Assembly (NCBI GenBank): GCA_938045615.1
Contig: CALIBC010000178.1
Coordinates: forward strand, 162,481-226,480
From: an uncultured Clostridia bacterium
GTDB lineage: Bacteria > Bacillota > Clostridia > Peptostreptococcales > Anaerovoracaceae
Length of the DNA: 64,000 bases
Direction of reading: 5' to 3'
Made by a program: the position numbers and the translations under genes. Numbering within the stretch: position 1 is the stretch's first letter; each line of letters opens with the position of its first letter. This document shows, piece by piece, positions 19,742 through 29,713 of the stretch. The notes below the pieces were generated by a model. The model did no database searches. It saw nothing but the letters and a program-made list of their open reading frames with translations, and was not told the DNA's origin.

Positions 19742-21019
19742 ATGAGCGTTATAAAAAGAAAAGTAAAGGATTTGTATCTGTATGATACGCATACGGAAAA
19801 TATTTTTATAAATGAGTATATGCCTCAGGCAAAGGGTGACTATGTAAAAGTGTATATGTATGCAAGCATGTACGCTCAGTTTGGTATGGATTTGGATAGC
19901 GACACGATAGCCGAGCAGCTGAAAATTTCAAAGGAAAAGGTTGGAGAAGCATGGGCTTACTGGGAAAAGATGGGGCTCGTAAAGAGGTCATTTTTCAGCG
20001 ATGAGGCGACGGGGGAGAAAATCGAATTTCTGAATATCAAGGATATGATGTATCGCACTGTAAACAGCGGAGAGGCAAAAGACGATTTGACAGGGAACGC
20101 CGTGTTCAATGATGAAAATCTCGGACTTATGTTTGAGAAAGTCGAAAAAACCATGCAGCGGCAGCTCAGTAGCACTGAAATTCTCAAGATCAATGAGTTT
20201 ATCATGGATAGGAAAATCCCGCCCGAGGTTATATTTTTTGCGATAGAGTATTGCAAGCAGAAAGGCAAGGACAGCTTCCGGTATATATCCAAAGTCATAA
20301 AGAGTTGGAATGACAAGGGGCTTGACAGCATCGACCGTATAAGGGATTATCTTGAGGAAAATGACAGAAGACATGTTCAATATCGCAGAGTGCTCAAAGC
20401 CCTCGGATTCAGCAGGAATGCGACCGAAAAGGAACAAGAGATGATGAATCGCTGGTTCGATGAATACGGATACGGCATGGACAGAGTTCTAGAAGCCGTC
20501 GCAAAGACATCGGGGATAGCAACCCCCAATTTCAATTACGTAAACAAGGTGCTGGAGAACTGGAAAAGAGAATCCGAGAAAAGAGGCATTAATGATGTTA
20601 ACAGGCACGCGGGAGTTTCGGAGGCTCAACTTCATGAGTACTATCTTTATTTACAGGAAAAAGCGAAACAAGATGCGGAAAAGAGAACGGAATATGTTTA
20701 TGAAGTCCTCCCACAGATAAAAGAAATAGATGATAAACTTACGGAAATACGCAGGAAACTCGTGCAGAATATGTTGAGCGGAAAGAACGGCGATTTCAGC
20801 AGTATAAACAGCGCAAAGGAACGCTTGGAACTTGAAAGAGCAGGCGTTCTCACAGACGGGAATTTTGACAGCGATTACACGGAAGTGAAGTACCTTTGCG
20901 ACAAATGCAGGGATACGGGAATCACCGACATGAATGAGGTTTGCGATTGCAGGGTCGAAAGACTTGATGAGGCGGAAATCTGGCTGAAACAGAAGACGGA
21001 AGAGAAAAGATCGGGTTAA
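19742..21019 (+). CDS. DnaD-domain replication protein with a C-terminal helicase-loader-type Zn-binding module (no AAA+ domain)
   Basis: Two DnaD/DDBH2-like repeats (YISKVIKSWNDKGL; NYVNKVLENWKRE). The C-terminal PQIKEIDDKL ... YLCDKCRDTGITDMNEVCDCR resembles the N-terminus of clostridial DnaC/DnaI-type loaders. Confidence 0.7.
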   Translation: MSVIKRKVKDLYLYDTHTENIFINEYMPQAKGDYVKVYMYASMYAQFGMDLDSDTIAEQLKISKEKVGEAWAYWEKMGLVKRSFFSDEATGEKIEFLNIKDMMYRTVNSGEAKDDLTGNAVFNDENLGLMFEKVEKTMQRQLSSTEILKINEFIMDRKIPPEVIFFAIEYCKQKGKDSFRYISKVIKSWNDKGLDSIDRIRDYLEENDRRHVQYRRVLKALGFSRNATEKEQEMMNRWFDEYGYGMDRVLEAVAKTSGIATPNFNYVNKVLENWKRESEKRGINDVNRHAGVSEAQLHEYYLYLQEKAKQDAEKRTEYVYEVLPQIKEIDDKLTEIRRKLVQNMLSGKNGDFSSINSAKERLELERAGVLTDGNFDSDYTEVKYLCDKCRDTGITDMNEVCDCRVERLDEAEIWLKQKTEEKRSG

Positions 21020-21026
21020 CGTGGAT

Positions 21027-21347
21027 ATGAAGAGCAGAGAGCAACGCAGAAAGAAAAAAAAGATGCATCTTAACATGAGTAGGCTGCTGTTTCGGGTTGT
21101 GATTGCGGTTCTTGTTTGCGTGAGCGTAATGTCGGTCAGAAAAATCGTGCTTCTTAAAATGGAACAGAGTGAACTCAAGGCACAGCAGACGTCTCTGAAG
21201 GAAAAACGGGCAAAGCTGCGAAACGAATTGAAGAATATCGACGATAAAAATTACATAGAAGAGCAGGCGAGAAAGCAGCTTAATATGGTAAAGCCCGGAG
21301 AAATTTTATACATGATTGAAAAGGAGAAAAAGAAAAACAAAGAATAG
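21027..21347 (+). CDS. Septum formation initiator family protein (FtsB/DivIC-like)
   Basis: Basic N-terminus, a single TM segment, then a coiled coil and the MVKPGE motif. Confidence 0.65.
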   Translation: MKSREQRRKKKKMHLNMSRLLFRVVIAVLVCVSVMSVRKIVLLKMEQSELKAQQTSLKEKRAKLRNELKNIDDKNYIEEQARKQLNMVKPGEILYMIEKEKKKNKE

Positions 21348-21356
21348 TGTTGTGAT

Positions 21357-21944
21357 ATGAACGGAGACAAGATCAGGATAGAAGAAATAATAATCGTAGA
21401 GGGACGCGATGATACGGCTGCCGTAAAGCGTGCTGTGAAAGCGAACACTATCGAAACTCATGGGTTTGGGATGAGCGATGAAATGTGGCGGCAGGCGGAT
21501 ACCGCATATAAGAATCGTGGAATAATAGTTTTTACCGACCCGGACAGAGCAGGTGAAAATATAAGACGCAAGCTGAAAGAGAGATATCCCGGGTGCAAGG
21601 AAGCTTTTTTGCCGCAGAGCAAGGCTCTAAAGAACGGAGATCTGGGAATCGAAAATGCGGATCCGGAATCCATAGCAGAAGCTCTCCTGAAAGCAAAGCA
21701 TGGAAAAAGCACATCAAAAAACAATGCGTGCGAAGCAAAGATTTTCACAGCGGAAGATATGGAATCAAACGGTTTGTCATCCGGTGCAGGAAGCAGAAAA
21801 AAGAGAGAAAAGATCGGGGCTGTGCTTGGTATAGGTTATGGAAATACAAAAGCTTTTTTGGCAAAATTAAATGGATATGGCATAACGAGAGAGGAATTTT
21901 ATGGAGCTATACGATCCATCGGTGATACGTGGGATAAAGAATAA
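21357..21944 (+). CDS. rnmV: Ribonuclease M5 (Toprim domain)
   Basis: IIIVEGRDDTAAVKRAV ... THGFG ... IVFTDPDRAGE, and its position directly upstream of rsmA. Confidence 0.9.
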   Translation: MNGDKIRIEEIIIVEGRDDTAAVKRAVKANTIETHGFGMSDEMWRQADTAYKNRGIIVFTDPDRAGENIRRKLKERYPGCKEAFLPQSKALKNGDLGIENADPESIAEALLKAKHGKSTSKNNACEAKIFTAEDMESNGLSSGAGSRKKREKIGAVLGIGYGNTKAFLAKLNGYGITREEFYGAIRSIGDTWDKE

Positions 21945-22806
21945 ATACGGCTTTAAATTTTCCAAGAGTCTTGGGCAGAACTTTTTGACCGACGGGGAGA
22001 TCCTTGAGGCGATCGTGCTCGGTGCGGATATAAGTAAGGATGACATCGTTTTTGAAATAGGTTCAGGAATAGGTGCACTTACGGCAGAAGCGGCAAAGAA
22101 AGCCGGAAAGGTCATTGCCGTTGAGGTTGACAAGGAACTGGAAAAAATTCTGGAAGAAACCTTGGCGGGATTTGACAATATAAAAGTTATCGTGGCAAAC
22201 GTGCTGAAAATGGATTTAAAAACTCTTATGCAAGAGGAACTTCGGTCAGGCGGAGATTTGCAGCCACAGCGCAGCACAGTCAAGGTGATAGGAAACCTGC
22301 CGTATTACATAACAACAGGAATAATTATGAAGCTGCTTGAAGAGAAACTTCCCGTAAAGAGCATTACTATAATGATGCAGAAGGAAGTTGCCGAAAGGCT
22401 AAAGTCGAAACCGGGCAGCAGGGTTTACGGTGCCATTTCGGTTGCGGTGCAGTATTACTGCCACATTCACACAATCAAGGAAGTGCCAAAAGAGTGTTTC
22501 ATGCCCGTGCCGAAAGTCGATTCCACCGTACTCAGGCTTGATATAAGGGAGAGACCGGCGGTGGAACTTATAAGTGAAAAAATGTTCTTTCGCTGCGTAA
22601 AGGCGGGATTCGGAAAGAGACGAAAGACATTGTTGAATGCATTGGTGGACACAAAGTTTGACAAAGAAGTGGTGTCGGAGTGTTTGCAGGCTTCGGGGAT
22701 CGATCCTATGAGAAGGGCGGAAACCTTGTCATTGCAGGATTTTGCCGCACTTGCCAATGAATTTTCAAGGAAAAGGGGATTGTGTTTATGCAGGGAAAAT
22801 CATTAA
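21901..22806 (+). CDS. rsmA: 16S rRNA (adenine1518/1519-N6)-dimethyltransferase RsmA/KsgA
   Basis: SLGQNFL, EIGSGIGALT and GNLPYYITT motifs. It overlaps the rnmV 3' end by 44 nt. Confidence 0.9.
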   Translation: MELYDPSVIRGIKNKYGFKFSKSLGQNFLTDGEILEAIVLGADISKDDIVFEIGSGIGALTAEAAKKAGKVIAVEVDKELEKILEETLAGFDNIKVIVANVLKMDLKTLMQEELRSGGDLQPQRSTVKVIGNLPYYITTGIIMKLLEEKLPVKSITIMMQKEVAERLKSKPGSRVYGAISVAVQYYCHIHTIKEVPKECFMPVPKVDSTVLRLDIRERPAVELISEKMFFRCVKAGFGKRRKTLLNALVDTKFDKEVVSECLQASGIDPMRRAETLSLQDFAALANEFSRKRGLCLCRENH

Positions 22807-24788
22807 AGGATTTCTATAATAAATATTTGAATAAAACCTTTGTACATTACTTTTTATGGGCATTTTTCCTAAATCTTTTCATGGAGACATGGGCAAGGCA
22901 GAGCATGCCGTTGTACGGCGGACTGCACTTTATGGTGACCAAGCCGCTGATCTTTTTTTACAATGTCCTCATTATACTCGCAATCGTATCGATAGGCATA
23001 TTGTTCAAAAGACGGGTGTTTGCGACGCTTTTGCTGTCGATTCCATGGATAGTGGTCGGAATCGTGAACGGAGTTATCCTGATGCAAAGGATGACGCCGT
23101 TCACCATGAAAGACGTCGATGCGCTGGGCGACGGACTGACGATCCTGACAAATTATATGTCGATTTTGCAGATCGGAATGATGGTAGCGGTCATAGCTCT
23201 TGTGCTGGTAGCCTTTATTGTCTTGTTCCTAAAAGGACCCAAGGTGAAGCGAAAAATTTCCGTCAAAAAAAATCTGGTAGTTGTCATACTCTTGATTGGT
23301 GCGGCTTTCGGAAGTTCGTACGGATTGATCCGGATCAATGTTTTGAACACGTTTTTCGGGAATTTGGCGTACGCATATGAAGATTATGGTGTGCCGTACT
23401 GCTTTATCAACACGTGGCTGAACCAGGGGATCCATAAACCTAAAGGGTATTCACAGAAAAGGATTGTGGAAATCCTGAAGAAAAGCAATATAAGTTCAAC
23501 CGGAAAAGTAACACTGACAAAAGGGAGTAATTTGAAAACCAAGAAACCGAATATTTTGTTTCTGCAGCTTGAATCCTTTGTGGATCCCACTTTGTTCAAG
23601 GATATAAAGCTGTCACAGGATCCGATGCCCAACTACAGAAAGCTTATGAGGGATTATTCCTCGGGAAGTCTTACGGTTCCTGCATGCGGAGCCGGAACGG
23701 CAAATACGGAGTTTGAAATGATGACGGGGCTTTCCGTTAAGTTTTTCGGACCGGGGGAGTATCCTTTTAAGTCGATTTTGCGTGAAAAGACTATGGAGAG
23801 TGTGTCGACGGATTTGAAGGCGATAGGTTATGCGGCTCATGCGGTACATAACCATCGCGGAGTGTTCTACAACAGAAACGAAGTGTTTGACAATATAGGT
23901 TACGACACATTTACTTCGCTTGAATATATGAGCGATGTAGAGAAGACGCCAAAAAATTGGGCAAAAGACGATATTTTGACCTCACAGATCATGAATGCGT
24001 TGAAATCCACAAAGACGCGGGATTATGTATATACGATCTCCGTTCAGGGACACGGCAAATATCCGAGCGAAAAACTCATCGTGAACCCGGTTATCAAGGT
24101 AACCAAGGCGAAAAGTGAGGAAGCCAAAAACGAGTACGAGTATTATGTGAATCAGGTCTATGAAATGGACATATTCATAAAAGATCTGACCGATAAATTG
24201 GCCAAATTCAAAGAGCCCACCGTTCTTGTAATGTACGGTGATCACATTCCCGCACTTGAGATGTCGGAAGAATCCTATAAAGCCAAAGATCTATATCAGA
24301 CGCAATATGTGATCTGGAGCAACTTTAAGATGAAAAAGGAAAACAAGGATATCGAAGCGTATCAAATGACGGCCGATGTCATGAACCGCTTGGGAATCCA
24401 TGAAGGCACGACGTTTAAATATCATCAGAACGTAAGTCCGCGATCATCGGATTATTTGCCCGATCTGAAACTTCTGGGATATGACATGCTCTACGGAAAA
24501 GACTACATATACGGGGGATTCAATCCATTTAAGAAAAGCGGAATCAGAATGGGTGTAAAGAAAATAAAGATAGATAAGGTCGTCAACGTGGCGGGAAAGT
24601 ACTACATAAAAGGACAGAACTTCACCGAATACAGCAAGGTGACGCTTAACGGAAAAGCTCTCAAGACCACATACTTGGGACCAAGTCTGTTGGGGCTTTC
24701 TCAGGAGGTGGATCCAAATGACGCCGCCAGAATGAAGGTGAGCCAGATAGATAAAAGTAGCAACACGATAATAAGCACGACCGAATAG
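22788..24788 (+). CDS. LTA synthase family protein (polytopic N-terminus + extracellular sulfatase/alkaline-phosphatase-like domain, extra C-terminal beta-rich module)
   Basis: Five or more N-terminal TM helices, then LQLESF ... GTANTEFE ... HGDH-type sulfatase-fold motifs. The start was set at ATG 22788 after AAAAGGGGA. Confidence 0.8.
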   Translation: MQGKSLKDFYNKYLNKTFVHYFLWAFFLNLFMETWARQSMPLYGGLHFMVTKPLIFFYNVLIILAIVSIGILFKRRVFATLLLSIPWIVVGIVNGVILMQRMTPFTMKDVDALGDGLTILTNYMSILQIGMMVAVIALVLVAFIVLFLKGPKVKRKISVKKNLVVVILLIGAAFGSSYGLIRINVLNTFFGNLAYAYEDYGVPYCFINTWLNQGIHKPKGYSQKRIVEILKKSNISSTGKVTLTKGSNLKTKKPNILFLQLESFVDPTLFKDIKLSQDPMPNYRKLMRDYSSGSLTVPACGAGTANTEFEMMTGLSVKFFGPGEYPFKSILREKTMESVSTDLKAIGYAAHAVHNHRGVFYNRNEVFDNIGYDTFTSLEYMSDVEKTPKNWAKDDILTSQIMNALKSTKTRDYVYTISVQGHGKYPSEKLIVNPVIKVTKAKSEEAKNEYEYYVNQVYEMDIFIKDLTDKLAKFKEPTVLVMYGDHIPALEMSEESYKAKDLYQTQYVIWSNFKMKKENKDIEAYQMTADVMNRLGIHEGTTFKYHQNVSPRSSDYLPDLKLLGYDMLYGKDYIYGGFNPFKKSGIRMGVKKIKIDKVVNVAGKYYIKGQNFTEYSKVTLNGKALKTTYLGPSLLGLSQEVDPNDAARMKVSQIDKSSNTIISTTE

Positions 24789-24805
24789 ACGCAGAAGAAA
24801 GAGCG

Positions 24806-25348
24806 GTGTATTGGATGAAAATGCTGGAAACGGAAAGATTGGTCTTAAAAGCATACGGAAAAGAAGATGCAGAGGGATTATACAATTATGCGAAAAACCC
24901 CAATGTAGGGCCGCACGCAGGGTGGAAGCCGCATGAAAGTGTGGCCGAATCCCTTGAAATCATCGAAGCTATATTTATGCCTGCGCAGGCGTGGGCGATA
25001 AGACTGAAAGGTGACTCGCGCATTATAGGAACGATAGCGCTTGAAGAAGACCGGCACCGCGACGACATGTCAAAGGAGGTAGGATATTCACTTGCCGAAG
25101 ACATGTGGGGACAAGGATACATGACAGAAGCGTGCATGGAAGTTTTGAGATTTGCTTTTGAAGAACTTGGATTGAAAATTGTGGGAATATGCACAGGTCC
25201 GCATAATCTGAGATCGCAAGGCGTGATAAAAAATTGCGGGTTTGTGTACGAGGGCAGGATAAGGAATTCGTATCACACATACACCGGTGTATACAGAGAT
25301 TCTCTTTGTTATTCGATTCTAAAGGAGGAATGGGAGAAGCAATCCTGA
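24806..25348 (+). CDS. GNAT family N-acetyltransferase (RimJ/RimL-like)
   Basis: TERLVLKAY N-terminus and a WGQGYMTEA acetyl-CoA-binding block. Confidence 0.8.
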   Translation: MYWMKMLETERLVLKAYGKEDAEGLYNYAKNPNVGPHAGWKPHESVAESLEIIEAIFMPAQAWAIRLKGDSRIIGTIALEEDRHRDDMSKEVGYSLAEDMWGQGYMTEACMEVLRFAFEELGLKIVGICTGPHNLRSQGVIKNCGFVYEGRIRNSYHTYTGVYRDSLCYSILKEEWEKQS

Positions 25349-25379
25349 CGTCGACACGAGGATCACTTTCCCCGACTTC

Positions 25380-26423
25380 TTAGTAAAGGCCGGCCTCAAT
25401 GAATTTTTCCAATTCCGAGAGTGAAATTTTTTGCAGGCGGCACTTTCCCACAGCCTCAGGAATGACCATGGAGATGGAATTCCCTCTGATTTTTTTGTCG
25501 TTTTTGGCGTACTTGTAAAGATCCGATGCGGTGTATGCAAGAGTGAGATCAAAGCCGCACTGCGTAAGAGTTTCTGCGAGAAAGTCCCCGGCGTCAAATT
25601 CCGTAAGACCCATACGGAATGCGGATCGGGATTCGGCAACCATGCCCATCGCCACGGCGTGACCGTGGGAGATCCTGTATGAACTCAGTTTTTCGATACC
25701 GTGCCCTATGGTGTGTCCGAAATTCAGAAGTTGGCGCATTCCGGTGTCGCGTTCATCCGCTTCCACCACAGATTTTTTGATCGACACGCACCTTTCGATC
25801 ACTTTGCCGTAATCCTTTTGGAGAACTTTATCTATAAGCGGTTTTTCCATAATCATGCCGCTTTTGATAGCTTCCGATGCGCCGTCAAGCAGGGTGGCTT
25901 CGTCGAGAGTGTTGAAAGTCGCATAATCGCAAATCACCATCGACGGCTGCCAGAAAGCACCGGCGAGATTTTTCCCGGAGATCAGATTCACTCCTGTTTT
26001 GCCACCTACCGACGAGTCCACCGCTGCCAGATAAGTGGTTGGAATCTGTATATAATCTATACCGCGAAGATAGGTTGCGGCGGCAAAGCCGGAAAGATCC
26101 CCGACTACACCGCCTCCCAGAGCGATGATCAGATCCGACCTTGAGAAAGCCTCTTCCGCCATTGATTCCAGTATGTTTGAGTAGGTTGAGACATTCTTGG
26201 AATGCTCACCTTCCGGAAAAACAACCTTTGTCGTCGTATAGCCATTATCGGCAAGAGATGTTATTACAGTATCGGCATACAAAGTGTTGACCCTGCTGTC
26301 CGTAACCAAGCAAACCTTGCAGGGTTTGATGCATTCCCGTATAAATTCCCCGCAACTTTGCAGGATATCATGACCGATCAGGATATCATAAGTTCTTTCG
26401 GTTGTTACAGTAAAACGTTCCAT
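25380..26423 (-). CDS. aroB: 3-dehydroquinate synthase
   Basis: LGGGVVGDLSGFAAATYLRGI, and the metal ligands in NFGHTIGHGIE ... HGHAVAMG. The start was set at MERFTV (26423) behind a GGAG RBS. Confidence 0.9.
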   Translation of the reverse strand: MERFTVTTERTYDILIGHDILQSCGEFIRECIKPCKVCLVTDSRVNTLYADTVITSLADNGYTTTKVVFPEGEHSKNVSTYSNILESMAEEAFSRSDLIIALGGGVVGDLSGFAAATYLRGIDYIQIPTTYLAAVDSSVGGKTGVNLISGKNLAGAFWQPSMVICDYATFNTLDEATLLDGASEAIKSGMIMEKPLIDKVLQKDYGKVIERCVSIKKSVVEADERDTGMRQLLNFGHTIGHGIEKLSSYRISHGHAVAMGMVAESRSAFRMGLTEFDAGDFLAETLTQCGFDLTLAYTASDLYKYAKNDKKIRGNSISMVIPEAVGKCRLQKISLSELEKFIEAGLY

Positions 26424-26521
26424 ATCCGGCTCCTTTGGATGAACACAAACATATGCTATAATCCCCAGTGAAGATGAGATGATTTTAACACAGTTTATCA
26501 ACGTTTGTAAAATGTGAAGAT

Positions 26522-27226
26522 ATGAAAAGATTTAAAACGCTTAAAGTGATTATCGCCTTGCTTTTGTTAGCCGTTGCGACCGTTGTGGGTACGAGCGCTT
26601 ACATCGTCAAGGTGGAAAAAGTGAATATTGTGGGAACGGTCAGAGAGAAAACCTCCCTTTTTTCTTCGTCCGAAAGAAAAGAACTGTCCGAGATCAGGCC
26701 GGATTGCATAATGGTGTTGGGATGTGGGATAAAGGATGAAGAAACGCCGTCGGGACTGCTTAAAGACAGGTTGGATGCCGCTGTCTCGCTTTATATAAAG
26801 GGCGTCGCCCCAAAGCTTCTGATGACCGGAGACAACGGAAGCTTGTCGCACAATGAGATTCATGTGATGCTTAACTATGCGATTGATATGGGAGTCCCGA
26901 AGAATGATATTTTCTGCGATCATGCGGGATTTTCCACATATGAGTCCATGTATCGTGCAAAGACGATCTTCAAAGTTAAAAGAATGGTTGTCGTCACACA
27001 GCAATATCACATGTACAGAGCGCTGTACATCGCGGATAAACTTGGAATAAAGGTAAAGGGCGCCGCATCGGAGCAGAGGAGGCACGACGGATATCGTAGC
27101 CGCATGATCAGAGAGATACTTGCGCGCTCCAAAGATTTTGTGAAATGCCTGTATAAGCCTGCGGCCACGTACGGAGGAAAGGCGATCCCTGTTTCCGGTA
27201 ATGGGATACCAAGTCACGGCGAGTGA
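26522..27226 (+). CDS. SanA/YdcF (DUF218) family protein, N-terminal TM anchor
   Basis: The pattern CIMVLGCGI ... LLMTGDNG ... CDHAGFSTYESMYRA ... VVTQQYHMYRA is typical of SanA. Confidence 0.75.
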   Translation: MKRFKTLKVIIALLLLAVATVVGTSAYIVKVEKVNIVGTVREKTSLFSSSERKELSEIRPDCIMVLGCGIKDEETPSGLLKDRLDAAVSLYIKGVAPKLLMTGDNGSLSHNEIHVMLNYAIDMGVPKNDIFCDHAGFSTYESMYRAKTIFKVKRMVVVTQQYHMYRALYIADKLGIKVKGAASEQRRHDGYRSRMIREILARSKDFVKCLYKPAATYGGKAIPVSGNGIPSHGE

Positions 27227-27286
27227 ACATATTGCGAGTAAATACGCTGCGAGAGAACACACACACCGAATGAACATACTGAAAAA

Positions 27287-27328
27287 AGAGACACCCCCAA
27301 TTACGGAGGTGCCTTTTTCTTTGTTTTG
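27287..27328. terminator. Possible bidirectional intrinsic terminator between SanA-like gene and trxA
   Basis: Imperfect hairpin GACACCCCC/GGAGGTGCC flanked by A6 upstream and TTTTTCTTTGTTTT downstream. Confidence 0.4.
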
Positions 27329-27335
27329 ACGGAGA

Positions 27336-27650
27336 TTACAGATTATGCTTCTTGATCAATTCATCCTTTGGATAAGCACCCAAAAGTTTTGACTTTAGCT
27401 GACCGTTTTCAACGACCATAGTCACGGGGATACTCATGACGCCGAACTTCTGAGCCAGTTCAGGTTCCTCATCAATATTGATCTTGCCGAATTTCATTTT
27501 GTCACCGTAATCGCCCGAAAGCTCTTCGACGGTCGGCATGAGCTGTGTACAGAATCCGCACCACGGAGCCCAAAAATCCAGAAATACAGGCTTATCCGAC
27601 TTCAAAACTTCTTTTTCAAAACTGTCTTTTGTGATTTCAATCATTTTCAT
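27336..27650 (-). CDS. trxA: Thioredoxin (atypical WCGFC active site)
   Basis: 104 aa with FLDFWAPWCGFC and the thioredoxin-fold pattern (MSIPVTMVVENG). Confidence 0.9.
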   Translation of the reverse strand: MKMIEITKDSFEKEVLKSDKPVFLDFWAPWCGFCTQLMPTVEELSGDYGDKMKFGKINIDEEPELAQKFGVMSIPVTMVVENGQLKSKLLGAYPKDELIKKHNL

Positions 27651-27667
27651 TTCCTCTTTTCTTTTAC

Positions 27668-28429
27668 CTATTGTGGCTCTTGATATCTGTGTTGTTCCGA
27701 GGATCCGGTTATTGCAGATCGGATGGTTTCCTCGATATCTTTGGTGACCTGCGTAAGCTCTTTTCGACTTAATCCTTCGGTGTCGACAGGAGGATGTATG
27801 GTCACGCTTGCGTGAGTACCTTTGACACAGTAGCCTTTTTCTTCAAAAAGCTGGTACGAACCATTGATAGTAATCGGTACGATAGTTGCTTTAGCCATGG
27901 TGGCGAGCTTGAAACTGCCTGCTTTGAAAGGTGACATTTTAGAACCCTTGCTTCTCGTTCCTTCAGGGAATATTGCTAAATTATAGCCTGATTTCAAGTG
28001 TTCCGCACCTTTAGACAGAGATTTCAGAGCGTCTTTCGGATTTTTACGTCGTATGAAATATCCGCCTATAGCTTTGATCCATCTGCCAAAGTAAGGAACT
28101 TTTTCAAGAGAATCTTTTGCGATAAAGCCCACTTGCTTGCCTCGCAGAGCTAGAAACAATATCATAATATCCCCATACCCCTGATGGTTGGAAATAAACA
28201 CAAGACCGTTTTTTTCGGGAATATTTTCCCGCCCGTGCACATCCACGTTCAGCCGGAAACGTGTGGCCATGTCATGCGCCCAGTCGTAGGAGGCTTCTAT
28301 GATCAATTCCTTTTCAGCCTTGCTGTCACCGGCTTCCACCGCTTTTTCTATTTCCCTTATATTTTTGTTAAAACCTCTTACCGATGTGATCACCTGTATC
28401 AAGGCAGGTATATTGTTCAATTTCCCCAT
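27668..28429 (-). CDS. plsC: 1-acyl-sn-glycerol-3-phosphate acyltransferase
   Basis: HX4D motif NHQGYGD, plus FPEGTRS and the IVPITING block. Confidence 0.85.
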   Translation of the reverse strand: MGKLNNIPALIQVITSVRGFNKNIREIEKAVEAGDSKAEKELIIEASYDWAHDMATRFRLNVDVHGRENIPEKNGLVFISNHQGYGDIMILFLALRGKQVGFIAKDSLEKVPYFGRWIKAIGGYFIRRKNPKDALKSLSKGAEHLKSGYNLAIFPEGTRSKGSKMSPFKAGSFKLATMAKATIVPITINGSYQLFEEKGYCVKGTHASVTIHPPVDTEGLSRKELTQVTKDIEETIRSAITGSSEQHRYQEPQ

Positions 28430-28699
28430 TTTGTGTCAGTCCCTCCGGATCTCTGTGCATATGTTTGTTGTCCTATTATTCTACCATCCTTGGAAAGGGC
28501 GTCAAGTTTTTTGGAAAAGAGATCGGGAATTGCAACATCCGCAGGGCAAAGAGTTTTAAAATAAGGAAAACGGGCTTGCAAAAGAGTGAAAACCTCGTGA
28601 AAAAAGTTTCTTGCGATGGCATTTTACGAATAAGAATAGTATAATGTGGGGGATATCGAAAATCATTGATTTTAGCTCAACAGCCAAAGGAGAATAAGC

Positions 28700-29011
28700 A
28701 TGAAACTAATCAATTTGAATTATATCCCGGGTCAGGATTTTGAAGTGCTGGGATTGGTGAAAGGGAACACGGTTCAGTCCAAAAACATAGGCAGGGATAT
28801 AGGCGCAGGTCTTAAGAATATATTAGGGGGCGAAATATCAAGTTACACGGAAATGCTACAGGATGCAAGGCAGGTTGCGACGCAGAGGATGATCGACGAA
28901 GCTGAAGCCCTTGGTGCCGATGCCGTGATCAATGTGAGATTCGCAAGTTCGGCCATAATGCAGGCAGCTGCCGAGATTATTGCATACGGAACAGCGGTAA
29001 AGTTTAAGTAG
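28700..29011 (+). CDS. YbjQ/UPF0145 family protein
   Basis: 103 aa with the pattern GLVKGNTVQSKNIGRDIGAGLKNILGGEI ... GADAVINVRF ... AYGTAV. Confidence 0.85.
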   Translation: MKLINLNYIPGQDFEVLGLVKGNTVQSKNIGRDIGAGLKNILGGEISSYTEMLQDARQVATQRMIDEAEALGADAVINVRFASSAIMQAAAEIIAYGTAVKFK

Positions 29012-29038
29012 CACTTGTCGAGATTGAGGGCAATAAAG

Positions 29039-29701
29039 ATGGATATCCCTTCCAACGGGGCAGGTAAAATAAAATATGTATATAGAATATGCTTAATGCT
29101 TGCGGGATTGGGGCTGTTTGTCTTCATAGGGTATGCAGTTTCGACGGGCGACAGCAAACCTTTTGATTATGCTTTGCGCCATGGGATATATCGGATGCGC
29201 TCAAGTGTGCTGGATGATATCCTGATTCCCGTAACGTATATGGGAAATCCAATGACGATAATTTCCGTGATTGTGGTGCTGATTCTAATTCCCGCCACGA
29301 GAAAGAATATCGGCTTGCCGACAGCGATAACGGGCGTTGTCGTGGTCGTGTTTTATAAGATCCTGAAGACTTCGTTTGCAAGACCGAGGCCGGAAGAGGT
29401 ATACCGTCTTATACAGCAAGGGGGATTCTCTTTTCCCAGTGGGCACTCAATGAACGGAATTTTTTGCTATGGGATGATAATATTCCTTCTAAGGAGATAT
29501 TGCAAAGACAGAAGAAGCGCCAATATACTCACGGCGGTGCTCGGCGTACTCATAGTGTGCATTGGATTCAGCCGTGTGTATGTGGGTGTTCACTACCCGA
29601 CGGATGTTATCGGAGGACTTTCATTGGGTCTGGCCTGTTTAATGGCGGTGACCTTGGGAATAGATATAGTGACACACAAAAAAAGAATCATGAAGAAATA
29701 A
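29039..29701 (+). CDS. PAP2 superfamily phosphatase (membrane)
   Basis: KTSFARPRP, PSGHS and SRVYVGVHYPTDV motifs. The start was set at ATG 29039. Confidence 0.8.
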   Translation: MDIPSNGAGKIKYVYRICLMLAGLGLFVFIGYAVSTGDSKPFDYALRHGIYRMRSSVLDDILIPVTYMGNPMTIISVIVVLILIPATRKNIGLPTAITGVVVVVFYKILKTSFARPRPEEVYRLIQQGGFSFPSGHSMNGIFCYGMIIFLLRRYCKDRRSANILTAVLGVLIVCIGFSRVYVGVHYPTDVIGGLSLGLACLMAVTLGIDIVTHKKRIMKK

Positions 29702-29713
29702 GGAGGAAATGTT

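Noticed and set aside
22856-23380. A 174-aa alternative-frame ORF inside the LTA-synthase-like gene.
   Set aside because: It is an Arg/Asp-rich out-of-frame translation of the membrane-domain coding region. The annotated frame gives a coherent polytopic protein.
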